DNA from: Magallana gigas
Taxonomy: Eukaryota
Reading direction: 5' to 3'
Assembly (NCBI RefSeq): GCF_963853765.1
Contig: NC_088857.1
Coordinates: 15,190,001-15,254,000, forward strand
Length of the DNA: 64,000 nucleotides
The notes under the pieces are model-generated. The model had not been told where the DNA came from. It saw only the letters and a program-made list of their open reading frames with translations, and made no database searches. Of the stretch, positions 60,301-64,000 are shown in pieces. Every line of letters starts with the position of its first letter. The first letter of the stretch is position 1. Position numbers and translations under genes: made by a program.

Positions 60301-61230
60301 AATGGAATCGATCCATTTTCTCCTACGCTAGTGAAATTATCGGGCACCAAACTCCCGAACACAGTTTATGGATACGGAAAGGGTATTCGGCTACACTTCC
60401 AATCCGATTTGATCTTTACGCTGGCTGGATATCTGGCTAAATATAAAGGTACCACTAAATAACTGCATAATTGCCAAAACAATTCTGTTTTTGTTGTTGA
60501 AATTTGTTCTCATAGATAATTATATAAAAATCATATTATGAATATTTTTTCAGTGGAAAAGGTAAAGGAGTGCCTTGAATCGGACGCTGGGGCAGACTAT
60601 TCGGGCACACAAAGTACTGCGGTGTCGGGGGCCACGTGTATGTCCTGGCATGATGCGGGTAATAGCACCGAATTACAGCGCCTACCCGAGAACTTCTGTA
60701 GGAACCCGGATGGCCGCCCTTCCCCCTGGTGCTTCACAAGTCAGGGCGTGATAGAATTTTGTTCCATCGAAAAATGTCGTAAGTTTGAAACATTAGGTCT
60801 ATGGAACTTAAGTTTTAAGTGAAATCACATGTGAATGAACAACAGCTCGAAACTCCAACCAAAAGAAAACCAGTTCTTGCATGTTTATATAATATAATTA
60901 ACAGGTGAAACAACAGACAACAGTACGCATAAACCGCTGACCCCAGGTACTGGAATAAAGGTCACATCTGGGGATACCGGACAAACAGATGGCGTCACAG
61001 AGGCAAATAAAGTTACGGGAGGCACTGCACTCAAAACAAGTATGGATAGGAAACTTAGTTTGAAAGCAAATTATTTACCAAATAATTGTTGCAAGTATGC
61101 TGATTCTGTTTCATTATACTTATAAATAGACACAACTAAAGTTATAGAGCCCGCCGGAAAACCCGACGACACGCTCTATGTGAATACTGGAAATGGACAG
61201 CAAGGATCCCACAGAGACGTACTGAGTAAG

Positions 61231-61321
<91 letters not shown>

Positions 61322-62484
61322 TCTTACCGATTACGTGTTTGTTTACTAATATACCAGACTGAACAATTGTAATGACTGAAATAAGGTAAATTTATAAAAA
61401 ATAACATTTTGGAAATACCCCCCCCCCAAAAAAAAAAAACCCGGTCAGACAGCCAATTACTCTCTACATAAGGTCTGAAATCAGCAAGAGACAACGAATG
61501 CAATAACTGGTGATAATATGTCTTTTGCAAAGAAAACTTTCAATTATTTTCGCTTTAAGCCACATACATGTATCTTCATATAGAGTTCTTCTTCATTAAG
61601 ACATTAATTAAGTCTAAAAGTGGCCACGACCATTGAGCACACTCAATATTTCGTCTGTATTTGTTACAGTCCCTGTCACGATCGGAGGAGTTTCTTTCTT
61701 TGTGGCAGTTATGGTAATGATTGCTGTGGCCGCAAAAAGGAGACAAACGTGAGTTAATCTAACGTGCCAATATTTCTTCAGGTTGTTGATTATACAATAT
61801 ATAATTCTTTTATCGTAAAAATATTAATTGCGTTTGTCTTTTGCAGTTTAATCCATCAAATATTTTTTTTTTTCAATTCACAGAAGAAACAACCAAGACG
61901 AAAGTTATGAGAGACGCCCAAGTGGCGTACATCCTGTTGACGAAGGGGCTTCCACTTCCGGTGAAACAAGGTATGGCCGTTCAAAGTACCACCCCAGCAA
62001 CATCCTCGTCCCGTCCGAAGAGATCACATACACTGCCATAGACGCCGCTGTTGACCAATCAGAACCATGTACGGGAAGCATCAGTAGTTTTGACACGATG
62101 GACACAACGTTGAGGAGATTTTGCGATGGTAAACGATTGGCCATTCATTTTGACGAGGACGGTTATGGCATTGTTGATGAGGAATTAAAAGAGGATTTTA
62201 ACGACAATCGGTTCATTCGGAAAAAACCACGCGATGGGGATTACGACCATCTAAGATCTTTTAAAGTTAAATGGGAGAAGGCGGACGAAGAAGTGGAGGC
62301 TCTTTACGACAATTGTCAGGCTAAGGTGATTCGAGAGAGTAAACTGAGCGACGTGTTCGATGATACGTACGATCATACCACGACATCCATATTGAAGAAC
62401 AGTCTTAGAGAGAGTAAAGACCAGTCGGGATCTGGTTCTAACGTTTACCACGACTGTCTGTCACAAGTACCGGAAGATTCCTAA
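57357..62484 (+). CDS. Signal peptide-CUB-CUB-kringle-Thr/Gly-rich stalk-TM-long Tyr-motif tail receptor, 615 aa, 10 exons
   Basis: Exons 57357-57417 (MDRFLFIGCVFIFFISLYSAG), 59166-59329, 59688-59853, 60012-60178, 60295-60448, 60554-60778, 60905-61039, 61130-61225, 61670-61748 and 61884-62484 total 1848 nt, all GT-AG and in phase. CUB motifs ITSDNFPANYP, KYCG..SD...KGFRAEF and VSSPRYHGEYPNN; kringle NFCRNPDGRPSPWC; TM IPVTIGGVSFFVAVMVMIAVAA followed by KRR. Confidence 0.88.
58084..58234. mobile_element. ~150-bp near-perfect palindrome (MITE-like) in receptor intron 1
   Basis: Arms of ~72 nt (AATAAACAACGTTATTTAGTGAACATGGCGTTATGAATAGCAATTGCTCTG...CCATGATGCGC) around a 4-nt loop GCTA, with few mismatches. 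Confidence 0.88.
58724..59165 (+). repeat. 24-bp minisatellite (consensus CTAACTGCTTGTACTCTGTTTTAG), about 19 units; the last unit is the exon 2 acceptor
   Basis: Units read directly; most are 24 nt, a few 13-25 nt. The final unit, 59141-59165, abuts the CUB exon. Confidence 0.95.
61234..61318. repeat. (GA)n microsatellite just after the exon 8 donor
   Basis: Direct reading. Confidence 0.98.
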
Positions 62485-62816
62485 AACAGGAGCAGTGATG
62501 TGACTAAATTGACTGTGATATACAAAATAGTATTAATTTTATATTCCAATCAGGGAAATTATTTATATTTATATAATCCAATTTTTACACGCATTGTTAT
62601 TTATTGCCTAGCCAATCAATTGTTAATGTTAGTATCAAATGTTATTGTCTTTCGTAAATGACTTCAGAAACTTTATTTACATAAAAATTGATGATTTCTT
62701 AAAAAAAATTCAAAAGTTTCCTGTACTCTTTTTTGCGTGGACCCTGAGGTCAACGCAGAAAATATATAAGCGAGGTTAAACCGGATGCTATGGGGAAAAT
62801 TCAGCCTGCGCATGAA

Positions 62817-62863
62817 CTAGTCTGGTTCCTGTGCGTAACGGGTAGCTCAGGGAACCAGGCTAG
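62817..62863. repeat. 47-bp mini inverted-repeat element
   Basis: CTAGTCTGGTTCC ... GGAACCAGGCTAG (12/13 complementary). Confidence 0.6.
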
Positions 62864-62910
62864 CACACGTTTATCTGAATCGGGATCGGGATTCCATGCC
62901 ATATGCACAC

Positions 62911-63825
62911 ATAAGGACACAGACCACAATTATTTTTCCCTCTTATTCCTTTATAAAACAAAAATTCATATAAAAAATTCCACCGGCTCAAATCTATTCA
63001 AATTTGGCATAATGACAGACAAACATTAGTCCAACAACATTTCCAAAGGACAGGAAAATCAATCGAGAGGGGGCTGAGATATGGCCCCTACAATAACCCC
63101 TACCCTGCAATATCCACTTTCACTTCGGAATATTTGTAAACATTGGCCTCTTTACACCCTTCCTATTGCGCCTTTAAAGAACGATTTTCCCAATTATTTT
63201 TAGCTAGTATTTTTTTTCAAACCTTCTTCTTTCCATCCATGCCCTAAAAGGCGCCAAATTCGCCCATTTAGCACCCCTGGGAATTTTTGGAAAAAAACAT
63301 ACATTTTTAGAATAGAACTACTTGACTGATCAATGAGCACGGGGTAAAAATAGTGGTATGTGACCATAAGGACACAGACCACAATTATTTTCCCCTCTTA
63401 TTCCTTTATACAAAAATAAATCATATAAAAAATTCCACCGGCTCAAATGAGTTCAAATACAGCATACCTATAGAATGACACTAGTCCAACAGCATATCCA
63501 AACTACAGGAAAATCAATCGAGAGGGGACTGAGATATGGCCCCTAAAATAGCCCCTACCATGAAAAATTCACTTTCACTTTGGAATTTGTGTAAACATTG
63601 GCCTCTTTACACCCTTTCTATTGCGCCTGTAAAGATAATTTTTCTAAAAATTTTCCTGTCTGTATTTTTTTTCAAACCTTCTTCTTTCCATCCATGCCAT
63701 TAAAGGAACCAAATTCGACCATTTAGTACCCCTAGGAATTTTTGAAATAATACATACATTTTTAGAATGGAACTACTTGCGTGGTCAATGAGCACGGGGT
63801 AAAAATAGTGGTATGTGACCATAAG
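62911..63825. repeat. Two tandem copies of a 455-bp unit
   Basis: ATAAGGACACAGACCACAATTATTTT at 62911 and 63366. Both units end GAGCACGGGGTAAAAATAGTGGTATGTGACC, and ATAAG recurs at 63821. The copies differ by scattered substitutions. Confidence 0.93.
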
Positions 63826-64000
63826 TTCAAAAGCGATGTACTAGTAATTGTAAAGTTGTCGGAAAACAGTACAGAAACAAAGAATTCCTTTTAAAGAAAT
63901 GGTCTGCATGTGATATTAACTGTCAGTATTATTAAATAAATTAATGTTATGCCGAAACTAAACAGGCATCAAATAGTATAATTTGCAATGTGTTGTAAGT

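Overview
AT-rich eukaryotic genomic DNA with GT-AG introns, (GA)n microsatellites and poly-C/G tracts. It is most likely a bivalve mollusc (oyster-like); this is inferred from gene content and repeat style, not tested. Most short ORFs in the supplied track are noise, so gene models were built by hand from splice sites and reading-frame phase. In order: a LIX1-like gene (first exon not found); an intron-poor SCFD1/Sly1 gene; a U4 snRNA gene; a possible decayed minus-strand ORF (about 16.7-18.1 kb); a Tektin-3/5-type gene with two tandem 86-nt exons that look mutually exclusive; a small Cys-rich peptide gene absent from the ORF track (resembles MEROPS I84/cvSI inhibitors); three tandem FABP genes, with a shared Mariner insertion in copies 1 and 2 and apparent gene-conversion tracts; a cluster of palindromic and MITE-like elements (47.5-53.4 kb); the last exons of a minus-strand single-pass membrane protein; a 10-exon CUB-CUB-kringle-TM receptor (615 aa); and a 455-bp tandem duplication. 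The strongest leads are the 24-bp minisatellite in intron 1 of the receptor, where most units look like a complete 3' splice site, the tektin alternative exons, and the hidden Cys-rich peptide gene. No CRISPR array, rRNA or tRNA gene was found.
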